A DNA stretch of 64,000 nucleotides from the human T2T-CHM13v2.0 reference genome, Homo sapiens. Shown here one piece after another: positions 12,845-28,700 of this stretch. Under the pieces are notes generated by a model. It worked only from the letters and a program-made list of their open reading frames with translations. It made no database searches and had not been told where the DNA came from. The position numbers were made by a program, and so were the translations under genes. Within the stretch, counting starts at the first letter, position 1; the number at the start of each line of letters is the position of its first letter. Where the stretch lies: assembly GCF_009914755.1 (NCBI RefSeq), contig NC_060926.1; one strand, written 5' to 3'.

Positions 12845-15325
12845 TGAGATTTTCAATGGCTGGAAACTCAGCATATTTGTCCCAAAGTTTCCAAGTTAGC
12901 CCCTTAGTACTTTCATAGCAAATACTTATTGAATAAATAAATGATTATAATAATGTGAATTTTAAATCCTCTTTAGTTCTTTCAAAATATTCAGTCTTTG
13001 AGAGGTAGGAGAGAAAACAAAGTGGCATCAATCCCCATTAAAAGATGCTTTTGAGTAGACCTTTTTCCTGTAATACCAACCTGAGGACAACAGCATGTTC
13101 AAAGTCAGCCAGTTGTGCCACACATACTTTATCAGTAACCCTTGGAAATGACACGGCCCCTAACTGCTTTGTTGCAAGCCTGTTTCACTGACCAGAGTGA
13201 TTCCATATCATTTTTTACTTTCATGCCAGAGAGAATCTAACTGCACGATATTCCCATCCAAGGACTTGGTATCCCAAGTTCTCTGTGAGTAAACAATATA
13301 TTCTTAAAGAGACAAAAATAATATATTTTAACATGAGACCAATTCATTCGCTGAATCTCTTCTTTTTCTGGAAAATGATGACAATTGGTGATTCTAAACT
13401 CTGACCAGCCAGAGGGAAAAATATCTGGCACTGAGCAGGCCTTTCTTTGGTGCCTCCCCTCGAATCTTATCATATCAGCAGCCACTTGCACCACTATGTA
13501 GTTTAGGCTATGACCAAAGACATTACATGGACTAAAGTTACACTTTGAACATAAATGATAAAAATTCATGTCAAATTAGATATTCTTATCATTCATACAG
13601 ATGTGATTACCTCCAGGATAACAAGAAACAGAAGGATAATACATCCCCATCCTTCATTATCAAAATTGCCTCACTTCATGTTTTAACATGAGAGGAAAAG
13701 CATGGTGAAAGATGTCTGTTGTGGTACTTACTGTGTAATATCTCCTGTTGCTCTGGAAAACCATGCTAAATAGCTATTTTTGTCATTGTTGTTGTTGTAG
13801 TCCCAAATATATAATCACAAACATAAGATCTAGACTTTTGTGGGAAGCTGGACATATGCTGAGTTAAGCCATGAGAAACAGATCATGTCGATAGCCTCCG
13901 AATCATTTGCTTTGGCAGATATATTTGTATAATTCCTAGATATTTACAGAAACAAATATAACATGTTGAAATGTGCAATATTTGGGATTGTGGTTAAGAA
14001 AAATATATATCAAACAAAGGAGGAAAAAATTGCCATCTGGCCTCACCAACATACTCTATCTAAAACCTACCTTTTATTTTCTCTGCTTATTTCTTTCCTG
14101 TTCCAGATGTCTCTCTTTAACTAATTACTGTCTTTACACTTTTTTAGTTAGCTCTCTTGTTATCAAATTCCATATGTTTATAACCTTTTGCCTGAAATGC
14201 TACTGCCTGAATTTCTTACATCCCATTTTCCATTTTTTAAAAATTATTCCAGCTACATCCTTAATCCCATCCTCCCTAAATTTATGTAGAACCCTACCAC
14301 CTATTAACTTAAATAACTGCCATGTTTTTTCTCTCCTGGCATCTTCTTCGCCTCAAATATGAAGATGGCTGTGTGAGTGGTCAAAGGGGCCCACAACTCA
14401 TTGGCCATGTATAGAATTTTGTGCAAGTTCAACTTAAATTTCTGAGCTTCAGTTTTTTTCATCAGTTTAATCTATCTTGTTTGCTACAGCTCAAGTAAGC
14501 AAACATAGACTAAAAGTAAGTGATAGAAAGTAGTGCCCTGTCAGTACAACCCTGACCTGTTTTATGGGAGCTTCATCCTCATCAAATGCTTTCAAAATCC
14601 CTCTCTAGTTGCACAATGCTCCATGACCTATGCTTCCTGCCCATCACCCACCATGCCACCATGTTTCTCCCTTTCCCCTCTAGCCCACTGGAGTGGATCT
14701 GTGTTCTCTGAGATTTCTGAAAGTGGCATCTATGCCAGCATTGCCCACTGTTGCCTTCCAAAGGCTGTCAGGATTCCAGTGCCCAAGGCAGGAGAGTATC
14801 CATGCCCCTGGCAGGGTTGCTGATTGCCAAAGCCACAGTTGCTTGAAGCAACAAAAAAGATGCCTCTGTCTCTAATGTCAGAAAACTGTCATCACCACTG
14901 CTATCGCCGATGCTACTGCTTCTCTTACAGGGACCACCCATTCCCAATGCTGTGGACAGTCTGCATGCCAAGGCTCCGTGGGAATTTTGGAGAAGCAACT
15001 GTTTTAATTTCCATTATCTCTGTTGGTGCAGTCCCTACACTAGGATTTGGCAAGCATCATGGTAATTGAACCAAGGACCATCCAGCAGACACCAAGCTGT
15101 CATTGGACTCATTCCTATACAACCTTCGCAGAGGACATTTTGACCCTTTTTCCTTATGAGAAGTGCCTCTCCTCAGGCTCACTCATTCTCAGGTAAAGAG
15201 CCCTTTCTCACATCCAGTCTGTTTGTTTTCCGGGTGTACAAAGCACGCACATTCCTCAATCCAAGTTTAGGTTCAAGCTGTGACTCTTGCTACATGTAAA
15301 TTACAAATAAGAATCTACTTTGTGA

Positions 15326-15626
<301 letters not shown>

Positions 15627-16584
15627 CTACCGTGTGGTATTGAGAATTAAATGAATAGTGTGTGTATATTGTGTGCAATGCATTTGGAAAGGCACCTGGG
15701 GAGAAGGAAGAGGGATTCAAGGGAAGAGGCAGGAAGAAGCCCCAGAGCTGGTGTCTGAAAGGTGTCACACCATAGCCTTGATGCACGACAGAACTCCAGG
15801 ATGCATGTGTAATGCACAAGAGGAAACTCCAGGGAGAGGGTTCACTCCAAGATAAAATGGCTGTTTGGTGCAACTATGAGTGCTGGGCCAAGCCTGCCGC
15901 ATTGACTTTCCTCATTTAAGCATGACCCAGGAAGAGCAAGAAAGTTATCATATTGGGAAGATTCTTGAAGATGGGTCCAGAGACATCCCAGTGATGAACT
16001 GCTTGGACCTACCTGAGCCCAAAGTGAGAAGTTGCACATCCCAGGAGAACGAAGGAAAAAAATCTCCAATTAAAATTACATTTTTCTTTTTCTTGGAAAA
16101 ATAAGACTTTGAAATAGAAATTATATAGTTATAAACAATATTTATCGTCCCCCTATAAAAGAAAAATATTATCAAAATAATCTATCTCTGCAGCCTCAGT
16201 TCCTTCAATGTGTCATTGGTGCCACATTACTCCATGCTCATCAGTTTATTGAAACTGTGGCCTCAAGGTTCAGTGATGGACAACAATTCCATGAGGACAA
16301 TATCCTGTTTCCTACCTTGTTCTATGCAACCTCTTCGCATAATATGCTGCTGCTCTTCCTGGAGCCTCTACCACCTTGCTAAAACATTTCTCTTCCCACT
16401 GCTACTTTTCTACTCTGTCAAGAATATCTTTTTTTTTTTCCTCTTTGAACAATTATTAATCTCTTGGCAGTTTCTTCAATCATGTTTCATTCTTGCCCAT
16501 ATCTTTGACCATAATTCCTCCTTCCACACCAGACTTTCCCCTAGATAATCTTTTCTACCATCAGCCTCTAGTTATCACCTCTAT

Positions 16585-17085
16585 CAGTGGTTCTCAAAAT
16601 TTTTAATACATTATGCTGGGCCCTGTGGCTCACGCCTGTAATGTTAGCACTTTGGGAGGCTAAGGCAGGCGGATCACTTGAGGTCAGGAGTTTGAGACCA
16701 GCCTGGCCAAAATGGTAGAACCCCATCTCTACTAAAAATAAAAAACACAAAAATTAGCCAGGTGTGATGGTGCAGGCCTGTGGTCCCAGCGACTCAGGAG
16801 GCGGAGGCAGGAGAATAGCTTGAACCAGGGAGGTGGAGGCTGCAGTGAGACACGCATTGTACTCCAGCCTGGACAACAGAGTGAGACTCTATCTCAAAAA
16901 TAACTTTTTTAAAAATACATTAAAATAACAAAAAAATATTTTTAACAGAAGGATTTCTGGGGCCCATCCTCCAGAAGATGTGATCAGATATATCTGGAAT
17001 AAGGCCCAAGAATCTTCATTTTTACAAACATCTCACGAGAGGCACCTTTGATGCAGATGTCCTCAGATCACTCTGAAAAATGCTA
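16585..17085. mobile_element. MER5-type hAT MITE split by an Alu
   Basis: cagtggttctcaaa at start; ggcccaagaatcttcatttttacaaac...ctctgaaaaatgct at end. Confidence 0.65.
16614..16913 (+). mobile_element. Alu (Sz/Sx-like)
   Basis: Full dimer; perfect TSD aatacatta at 16605-16613 and 16914-16922. Confidence 0.95.
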
Positions 17086-17089
17086 ACTT

Positions 17090-17960
17090 CTATTGCTTAT
17101 AACTTCTAAATCTAAATCACCAGTGTCTTCATCACCGGTGTCTTGACTCCCAGACTCATATAGCTACTTAATATTTCCATTATCTAAAATGCAATGTTAT
17201 AGTCTGAAAAACAAATATTACTTCATCCTGAGACAATTTACTTCATTATTTAGATGTCCTGTCTTCAAAGCAGCACTATCAACTCAGTCTGTAAACTAGA
17301 GATTCTCTCCATTTTTTCATTATCCAATAAGTCACTCAGTCCTTTTCACTTGCCCTCCAAAGAATTCCTTGAATGTGTCCCTTACCTTCGCCTAGTACAC
17401 GTGTCTGTTGTTCTTCCCAGAGAAATTAAAATAGCCCCTTCCCTGGCCTCTCTAACCCTAGCCTCTCTCATTTCCTGTCTTCCTTTCTTTCATTCTGTCA
17501 GCACAAGCCTAAAGCAGAAATCAAAAAACAGAAACAAAACAAACCTTTGATGTTCTCTTGGCTCTCTAAATTTACTAATGCCCTAACCTAGGTAGCATTC
17601 AAGATTTTGTCCAATCTGAATCCAATCTTAATTCTAAGTCTCGTCTCTTCAGTCTTCCCACCATGCACAAGAGCAATCTCACAAGCTCCTCTCAACCTCA
17701 AAATGCCACCATATCTTCAGGCATACCTCTCTCCTACCCAGAATGTCCCTCACCCCAACTCTATACGTTGGAATCCTTTCCAAGCTTTCAGACCACAATG
17801 TTTCACTGAAACATGCCAAGGACAGAATTTTAAGCTGGCCTGTAAGGTTCTTCAAATTGTGAAGACATCTTTGTTTATTTACTCATAACCAAGTATTTGC
17901 TGAATATCTGTAACATATCGAGTCCTGCGTTAGGCACTGATAATTCAGTAATGAATAAGA
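17090..17960. mobile_element. L2 relics
   Basis: Degenerate L2 body; antisense L2 3' end at ~17870-17960. Confidence 0.5.
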
Positions 17961-18071
17961 TAGTTTCTGTGTGTGCATGTGTGTGTTTGATTGTGTGTGA
18001 TGAGAGATTTGTGAGAGGGAACAGGAAGTAAGGCTGTGTTTTGGAGAGGAGAGGCCTCTTTTGGAGGGCAC

Positions 18072-18947
18072 TGTGGATTGGACTGCTCAACACTCAATCC
18101 AATCTACCTTTCTAAGACACAAAGGTAGAAAGTCAAAATCCACATGTATTATTTAGCAAAAGGCAAGGATGTTACAACTAAAAGACCAAGCAATAATCCA
18201 GTGACTTAAGGAAGACTCAAGATTTTTTTTCACTCATGTAAACATACAAAGTGGTTAAACGAGCTTGCTTCACAAAGTCGTCAAGGGATCCGGGATCGTC
18301 ATGTGGTGTTACATTCTGCATTGTTGCCATCTGTGTGGTTGAAGTTGGGCCAGGTTCCGCCAATGATAAAGGAAAGAAATGTGTATTACTTCCACTCACA
18401 GCCTCTAGGTGAGAACATAGGCACACGACCATGCATAACTGCAGGGGAGACTCGAATATGAAATCTATCGTAGCTATGAACTCTGGAAAGAGAAAATAAA
18501 CTTTTGTAACAACTAATACTTTGTATAAAGCATTTGGTAGAGTCCCTTGGTTATCTTTGTGGGGGTACTGACTCATTTCAGGAGAGAAACAGGGGCTTCC
18601 ATGTTGCTGGTGTAGATCATGGTAAAGGCAGCCCAGTTTGGGAAGCAGCAACTGCAGCACCAGTGGTTTCCTCCTTTGGCAGATTCCTGACCAAGGTTGA
18701 GGTATCATTCTGGAGCCAGGATGACATATTTCTGATTCTATAATAACTTCTGATTATGGCAAAGGCAGCGCCTCCCCTGGCCCAATTCTATTGCATGGAC
18801 TTGGAAATGCTTCCTGGAACCTCAACATAGAGTTTTCTTCTTCGGTTCTCCCAATGGTTCTCCAAGTTATGTAATACCACGTAATAACTCCCTGTCTGCT
18901 TGGGAAGAGTAGATTCTGTCTTTGGCCATTGAACTCTGAAAAATATA
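18072..18947 (+). mobile_element. LTR33-like ERVL LTR interrupted by an MLT1 LTR
   Basis: Start tgtggattggactgctcaaca; end gtaataactccctgtctgct...gagtagattctgtc...gaactctga. Confidence 0.6.
18145..18575 (-). mobile_element. MLT1J/I-like MaLR LTR
   Basis: tgtattatttagc...cagtgacttaaggaagactcaagatttttttcactcatgtaa...cacaaagtcgtcaagggatccgg. Confidence 0.6.
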
Positions 18948-19084
18948 CCTACTATGTCACCAAAAGCCTGAAGTCTCCTTGGAGATCTCTCATTCACATT
19001 TTCACAATGCCCATACAGTTTACATTGAATTCCAGAGAGCATTTTCTAAGAGCTATGCCACTCTGTAGATCCCAAAAGGTGTAG

Positions 19085-19559
<475 letters not shown>

Positions 19560-19603
19560 TAGTGAGCAGAGTCAAAACCAGAGCCCCATGAAAACTTTCT
19601 TTA

Positions 19604-20060
<457 letters not shown>

Positions 20061-20189
20061 GATAATAAAGCAAGTATAGTAAAATGTTAATGGGGTAGAA
20101 TGCAAGTGGTATTATATGGCTGCACACAGTAAAATTATTTCAGCTTTGTAGCATGTTTTAAATTTTTCATAACAAAGTGTTTATAAAGT

Positions 20190-20790
20190 TTTGTTCATTA
20201 AAAGTAATGTTTCTTTTTTGTACACAAACAGTATAGGTACTTCTTGAAAAAAAGTAGTAATTTTCTCTTTTCCTTTATCTACTACAAATTTGTGATATAT
20301 TTATTCATATTTCCCTTTATTACAAGAATAAAACCTACATATACAAATACAAGGATTTAAGATCAAATGGGATAATACTATATTGTATTTCCTAAATTGT
20401 TTTCTAATTTTATAAATGATCATAGATATCTTTCCAAGTTAATTCACATAGATCTATGTCTTTTTTGAACACTATATGGTATTTTAGAATGTAAATTACC
20501 TAATTGGTTCAACCATTCTGTTTTTGACAACTATTCATGTTGTCTTCAGTTCTTGACTGCCAAAAACAGTGTGATAAATTTCTTATACAGATGTCCTTAT
20601 ATACTGGTATTTTTATACCTAGTAAATAAGTAACTAGAAGTGGAACCATTGGCCAGTTGGGGCATATGTATTTAAAATGTTAACTAGTTCTGCCAGGTAA
20701 TTTTCTAAGCAGGCTGTTTATTGTCCAACCAAGAGTGAATGAAAGTTCCTCTTTTTCCAGTCTCACCAGCGCCAGAGATTATCCCTCATG
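20190..20790 (-). mobile_element. Old L1 (L1ME-like) 3' fragment
   Basis: aaatgggataatactatatt...tcaaccattctgtttttgacaactattcatgttgtcttcagttc...agaagtggaacc. Confidence 0.6.
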
Positions 20791-21007
20791 AGCATTTGGA
20801 TGGTGATCTTGATATGTTTTAGGATTTGTTCCAGAGGAAACAAGACAGAATAATGAAGAGAACCCCAGAATAAATGACTTACTAAGGTCACATAGTTTAT
20901 TAATACCAGAATAGGGAAAGAAACTGTGGATTTCTAATTTGCAATATTTGCTTCTTTCTTTTTAGAACATGGCCTGAAGTCACTAAGTAAAAGCATTCAT
21001 GGGTGAC

Positions 21008-21394
21008 TGCCTTAGTCCATTAGCATTTCTACAGAGAAAAGAGGTTTATTTTGGCTCACAGTTCTGCAGTCTGTACAAGTGTGGTACTAGCATTTACTTC
21101 TAGTGAGGCCTCAGGAAGCTCACAATCATGGTGGAAGGCAAAGGGCAAGCTGGTACATCACATGGAGAGGAAGAAAGCAAGAGAAAGAGGGGGAGGTGCC
21201 ACACTCTTTTAAGCAACCAGATATTGCATATTGCATGAACTCAGAATAAGAATTCACTCATTATCATGAGGACAGTGCCAAGATATTCATGAGGGTTCCT
21301 CCCCCACGACCCAAACACCTTCCATCCCACCTCCAACATTGGGGATCACATTTCAGCATGACACCTTGAGAGAACAAACATCCAAACCACATCA
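21008..21394 (-). mobile_element. MSTB-like MaLR solo LTR
   Basis: gaggtttattttggctcacagttctgc...ttggggatcacatttc...catccaaaccacatca; perfect 5-bp TSD gtgac at 21003-21007 and 21395-21399. Confidence 0.9.
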
Positions 21395-21756
21395 GTGACC
21401 ATTTTCATCTTGTATCAAAATTTTATCTTTCAAACAAATTTAGTTACCCTTCTTGTCTCAGCTTTATGACCTGTTTCAGTTCTATGTTCCTAATTTTTTA
21501 GGCAATATGGTCAAATACAGAATGTGGAATGTGGGGGATAGATACCTCAATGTTCCATCCAGCGGAGGGTGATAGAACTCTGACATATCCTCTTCTCATG
21601 CTGCTTCCAGAGGGTCATGGGTCAAAGGGGTGATACCAAACATGGAAAGAGGCATTCACGTGCACTGTCAGCCTATATAGAGCTCCCAGACTCACTTTCT
21701 AAACTTAGACAAATCTCTCCGCTGTCCTGTTTGCATCTCCCTTGCATGTAAAATGA

Positions 21757-22427
<671 letters not shown>

Positions 22428-23642
22428 TAAAAAAAAAACATCTTAGTCAAGGTCTAGATATTTGGTAAAACCTCATGTAAGAATAAGCTATCCTACAAAC
22501 AAAATAAGTGAAATGAGAAGGAACATAAACCTAGAAACAAGTCACATTACATGGCTTTCTTTTGTCTGATTCTGGGATATTTGAATAATTATGTTGCACT
22601 ATCTTGTAGTGTATATTTTGAAACTATTTTTTCCCTAAGGATGAAAGCAGCTACTCAGATACTTCAGAGTAAATGGTTCAGTAATTTAAGATATATATTC
22701 TTTCCAGTAACAGAAGTGGTGTATAACCATTTCCCACTCACAGATTAAATCTTTGAAAAATGTTATTTTTATAGAAAAACTCCTTGTGCTAAAGCTTAAA
22801 AAAAAATACACATTACATCTTTTTTCTTCTCTTTATTGTCCAGGAAATTTTTTTAAAGTGATCTGGTCAGTATATTGTCCCAGTATCAGAGAAACACAAA
22901 ACCAACAGTAAATAGAAATAGGCCCTGAAAATATATGATAGTGCTACTCATGAAAAGGCAAACTACTTGTTAAAGACTTTGAATGAATGCGAATGGGGCT
23001 AATAATTCAAATTTTCCAGGTAACTAAGCAGTTAGTGCTGATTGTGGCTGTTCTAAGTTTTAAAACGTACTTCACTTTTCACTGGGCTATCTCTGAAGTT
23101 CTCAGATACCTCAATGTCAAGGAGTACTCAATTTTTCTAAACACTCTGACGCAAGCATTCTGCAAAGAAAGAACAGCAATAGAGTCAGGGCAAAAACACT
23201 AGAGGAAAATCTTTTTATTTAATCACCAAGAAAGCTGAAAACTCATGTCGATGTGTTATTAATGCAGTGCACTCATAGGTTAGCGCTCTCTGAGATCGTG
23301 GTCATTTACTATATTACTTGTTCCCAAATATGTAAACTATGAACAGGTGAACTAGAGTTGTCTCTAACTTGGAACAAGTTTTCTTTTAGTCCAAAAATAC
23401 ATGTTTATTATATAATCTGCATATCTTGTTTCTACAATTTTCAAATAGTTTATCACCATCATAAACATCAATCATCACTATCACTATTATTATTATAGCA
23501 ATATAATATCACTATTGCAGCAATGTGATCTTGGTCAAGCTAATTGCCTCATAATCTATTACTCCCATTTATTTCTGTAAGAAGTAAGTATCATTACAGG
23601 GAAGCATGTAAGTGCTATAGGATCTCAAGCCTAATTTCAGAC

Positions 23643-24194
23643 TTTTCTTTTTTTTTTTTAATTATACTTTAAGTTCTGGGATTCATGTGCAGAATGTGCC
23701 GGTTTATTACATAGGTATATACATGACATGGTGCTTTGCTGCACCCATCAACCCATCCTCTACATTAGGTATTTCTCCTAATGCTATCCCTCCCCTTACC
23801 CCTCACCCCCCAAAAGGCCCCAGTGTGTGATATTCCCCTCCCTGTGTCCATGTGTTCTCATTGTTCAACTCCCACTTATGAGTGAGAACATGTGGTGTTT
23901 GGTTTTCTGTTCTGTGTTACTTTGCTGAGAATGATGGTTTCCAGCTTCATCCATGTCCCTGCAAAAGACATTTTTATGGCTACATAGTATTCCATAGTGT
24001 ATATGTGCCACATTTTCTTTATCCAGTCTATCATTGATGGGCATTTGGGTTGCTTCCAAGTCTTTGCTATTGTGAATAGTGCTGCAATAAACATATGTAT
24101 GCATGTGTCTTTATAGTAGAATGATTTATAATCCTGTGGGTATATACCCAGTAATGGGATTGCTGGGTCAAATGGTATTTCTGGTTCTAGATCC
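23643..24194 (-). mobile_element. L1PA7-like 5'-truncated LINE-1 (ORF2 C-terminus plus 3' UTR)
   Basis: ttatactttaagttctggg...; ORF 23876..24373 contains EIPFDPAIPLLGIYP...CPSMIDWIKKMWHIYTMEYY of L1 ORF2p. Confidence 0.93.
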
Positions 24195-24226
24195 AACTTG
24201 GAACAATTTCTATCTGCCCCCCAAAT

Positions 24227-24250
24227 ACACACACACACACACACACACAC
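24227..24250. repeat. (CA)n microsatellite
   Basis: Direct reading. Confidence 0.95.
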
Positions 24251-24476
24251 AAAACCCATATTCTGGGAAGTCTTTGGGATAGACAGATACTCTAGCTCAG
24301 TTGTTCTAAGTCTTAGGAAAATATATTCACTTTTCTTTGGGTTACTTCTTCTACATTTTAAGTGCAGTATCAACCTATCGATCTATGACAGCAACCAAGA
24401 GGAACTCTTGTCCTGCTTGTAAACTTTAGGTAGGGAGAAGCGGTCCTCCTAGGATAGTCTTACTTCGGTCTAGCCT

Positions 24477-24727
24477 ACTGGTTCCTACCTGGGAGTAATT
24501 TTTGCCCTCCCACCCAAGGGAAAGAACATCTGGCAATGTCTAGAGGCATTTTTTGGTTATCACAACTGAGGCAGAGGTGTGCCACTAACATCTAGTGGGT
24601 AGCATCTAATGGGTACCCTGGTGCTGCTAAACATCCTGCAATGCAGAGGACATCCCCCACACTCACACACAACAAACAATTATCCAGTCCCAAATGTCAA
24701 TGTCAATAGCAGAGATTGAGAAAACTT
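24477..24727 (+). mobile_element. MER20 hAT-Charlie
   Basis: catctggcaatgtctagaggcattttttggttatcacaactg...tgctgctaaacatcctgcaatgca...aattatccagtcccaaatgtcaa. Confidence 0.85.
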
Positions 24728-25199
24728 TATGTAGGCCGGAGGGACTGGCATGTCACCAACAGCTTTAGTGCCACTAACTTTCTTATCATCCCTATTCTCA
24801 TTTTCTCTTTCCCTCCCACCCTAGCTCCAAATATAGCAGACAAACCACCCCGTTACCAACTGAAATGATTCATATATAGTAATCATGGCTAACTCATCTT
24901 GAGAAATATGACTAATATTGGCCATTTCTGAAAAGTGAGTTGAATGGTCTGTTAAAATAAGTAAATAATTTCAAGTTAATAATCCACTTTGGATCACAAA
25001 CTATTTGAGTTGGCCATGTTAATATATCAATGCGCAACTCAATATGGTCAACTTGAGTGTCCTCACTTTTAGATTATTCCCGGCCAAAAACAAAAACAAA
25101 AAATCAAAGAAAATGTTCAAGCCAACTGTGAAAATGGGTGAGTTTCTTTGTATACCCATGTAAAAACACACATAGTCACTTTTTGAATATGAAAAATAA

Positions 25200-25608
<409 letters not shown>

Positions 25609-25949
25609 TAAACTCAAGATATTCTCTAGCCCAAGTAAGTTACCACCTAAATTAAAAAATTAAGGGAAAACTTGGAATAAAATAGTTGTAAATACTGACA
25701 ATAAAGATTTGCTCATATGTGGAAGGGTTGTTTCCTCTATATTTATGAAGAAACTGTATAAGCTGAGCCCTGCTGGCTTGGTCTTTGACATACTACAGGA
25801 AAGTAGAAAATTATTTTAGTATCTCAACTAATCCTGGCTTTCGAGCCAATTGTTTTATTGTAAAAGTTCTATCTTTGATGTCAGAAGTAATTACTTCTTA
25901 CTCTTCACATTTCTGCCTTTACAGTCTTAAACCATTCCCACCTCCATCC

Positions 25950-26110
25950 TTGATCAACTATATAATTTTTGGTACCCAGTACAAAATGAAAAGATGGGGC
26001 CTATTCAAATATTATTAAGAATTTCAAGATGGTGACAGCAGAGCCTTAAGCCAAGTATGGGGCCGTCCTAAGTGCATCTGTCATATTATACACCCATAAA
26101 GCCAGCTCTT
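25950..26110 (-). mobile_element. MER91A-like hAT-Tip100 MITE
   Basis: cccagtacaaaatgaaaagatggggcc...attattaagaatttcaagatggtgacagcagagc. Confidence 0.75.
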
Positions 26111-26180
26111 CTCCATTTTATCCCAATAGATTCCTGTGAGGTCATGTACACAGAAATGCAGTTTTTAAGCCGTTACCCTG

Positions 26181-26672
<492 letters not shown>

Positions 26673-28261
26673 TAGTTCAGTAAAGAGAGTCATAATACAT
26701 AGTTACTACCTTTCTTATCCACCAAAAACTGCAAAGTGACTCAGTTGATCCTCAAATTCTGTGACTCTTCTATCTTTCCCTTTGTTTGCAATCATCAGAG
26801 AGGGTGATTTTCATCTATTAAATTCTAGTTCAAAGATAAGAAAAAACTCTTTTGTATTTTTCTCATAAACAAAACTATTTTTCTTGTTTTTTTCTGAATA
26901 TTTGAAGCATTAATTTCCTGGCATTTCATTGGTAATATAACCCATTTATAGATTAGAATTTTATTCTGATTCATGTCTTACTTGGGAAAGCACTAGCGTT
27001 TATGGAAGATCTCCTGTGAGAGTCGAAGGGAATGCCTCATGGTCACTGAATCAACACAGTAGATTTATTGGATATTAGAGCTGAAAGTGACCTAAAAAAT
27101 TTTCTTCCTCTACCATCTCCTCATACAGATGATAAATTGAAAACTGGACTTGGCACCAGTGCCATAGGTAGAAATTGGAAGAGTAAAGAAAGACCAGATC
27201 CCAGATCTCAGCAATCCTGATTTCTGGTACAATCAGAGAATATGTGCTTAAATCAGACCCATCCTGATAGAAAAATGATAAATGTTTCTTTCAGCATGTG
27301 AAAAATCTATGTCTTGTGAATAATTATAACTGTGACTTTGACTTGACAGATAACATGTTAGCAGCTACCCAGTCAGATCCTGTGATCTCACAGTGCCACT
27401 GTGGCATGACTGCATGAAATGGATGCTGTTAGTCATTGCAGTCTATTAGCAAAGTGGTTAAGATTCCTTATGTGCTGTCAGTGTAAACCCTCTTACTTCA
27501 GGTGTTTACAACAAACTCATAGGCATTCTGTTCCTAGTCAGACATCTGAAGCATAAAAACTCTCCACAATAAAAATAATTTAGAAGTATTTACTAAAAAT
27601 TCAGAAATATCTCAGACATTTACAACATTTTATCAAACACAAAAAGGAGAGTTTACAAGCCAACTTGATTTTGCAATATATTTAAATTTGAAAATCATCA
27701 TGAAATCCTGAAAGAAACATTGATTCAAACTTTCCTATATACAACAAACCATCAGAATTACTGGCCTCTGAAGTGATTTCACTTTGTCGTTGTGTTTCTA
27801 TTTGACCTGGAGTCAATGTTTCTCTCACTGTAACAGAGAGAGGGGATTTCTTATCACCAGAACCAGACTGTGTTAAGTTCTAAATGTGAGGAGACAGAGC
27901 TTCCTTAGAAGCTCATGCTTCCTACCACCTCTATTATACACAGATAATTGTTTTTCTGCCAGTTCATTATTTCTTGATATTCTTTGCCCCAAATGGATGA
28001 CAGGGTTTTTTCTGAAAAGTATTAAAACTGAACCTCAAAAAATTTGGCTACCAAGTCAGTGTTATATATTAAGTAATAATCGGCCCCATAGTTCTAAAAA
28101 ACATTCGTGATTTCTATAAAAGCTAACCCTCCTTTTAAGGTGATATATTTGATAGCTTTGTGAGCCAGCACTATTCCCCTTATCAGGAAGCACTGACATG
28201 AAATGATACATGGAACAGGAATGGTGCTTAAGACAATATATCAGTTATTTCCTCATGTTAA

Positions 28262-28700
28262 TATAGGTTGCATGCTTGGCCCTGACTCTTCATTGCTCCC
28301 TGTACCTATATGTTGCCATGTGATTTTGAAATTCTGCCCCTTGACCTCGGACTTGAGAAGGTGATTTATTTGGGCCAATGTGATACAAGTAGAAATGCAG
28401 CTTTCCCATTGCTTTTGTGTATCTTTGCCATTGTCATGAGAAGATCTGCCTTGCCTAGCCTGAGCCAGGAGGGAAGAACAGAGACAGGTGGAAAGAACAA
28501 AACTGCCCCGGCCAACCCACAGAGAAACAGCAAGCAGCAGTGTGGCCCCAGGCCACGCAGTCTAAAGCTGAGACTCCCAGTCAAGCCCAGCCTGTCAGCC
28601 AATGTGCAAAGTCCCACAGACACATGGGTGGTAAGAAGTGATTCTTATCTAAAGCCACTGAATTTTGACATAGTTTCTCATTCAGTAACAGGTAATATGT
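28262..28700 (+). mobile_element. MLT1H/I-like MaLR LTR
   Basis: ttgccatgtgattttg...tgccccttgac...tttgggccaatg...aagccactgaattttg. Confidence 0.65.

Noticed and set aside
23865-24373. 165-aa ORF with L1 ORF2p C-terminal motifs
   Set aside because: A 5'-truncated L1PA fragment fused to a CA repeat and flank; cannot encode functional ORF2p.
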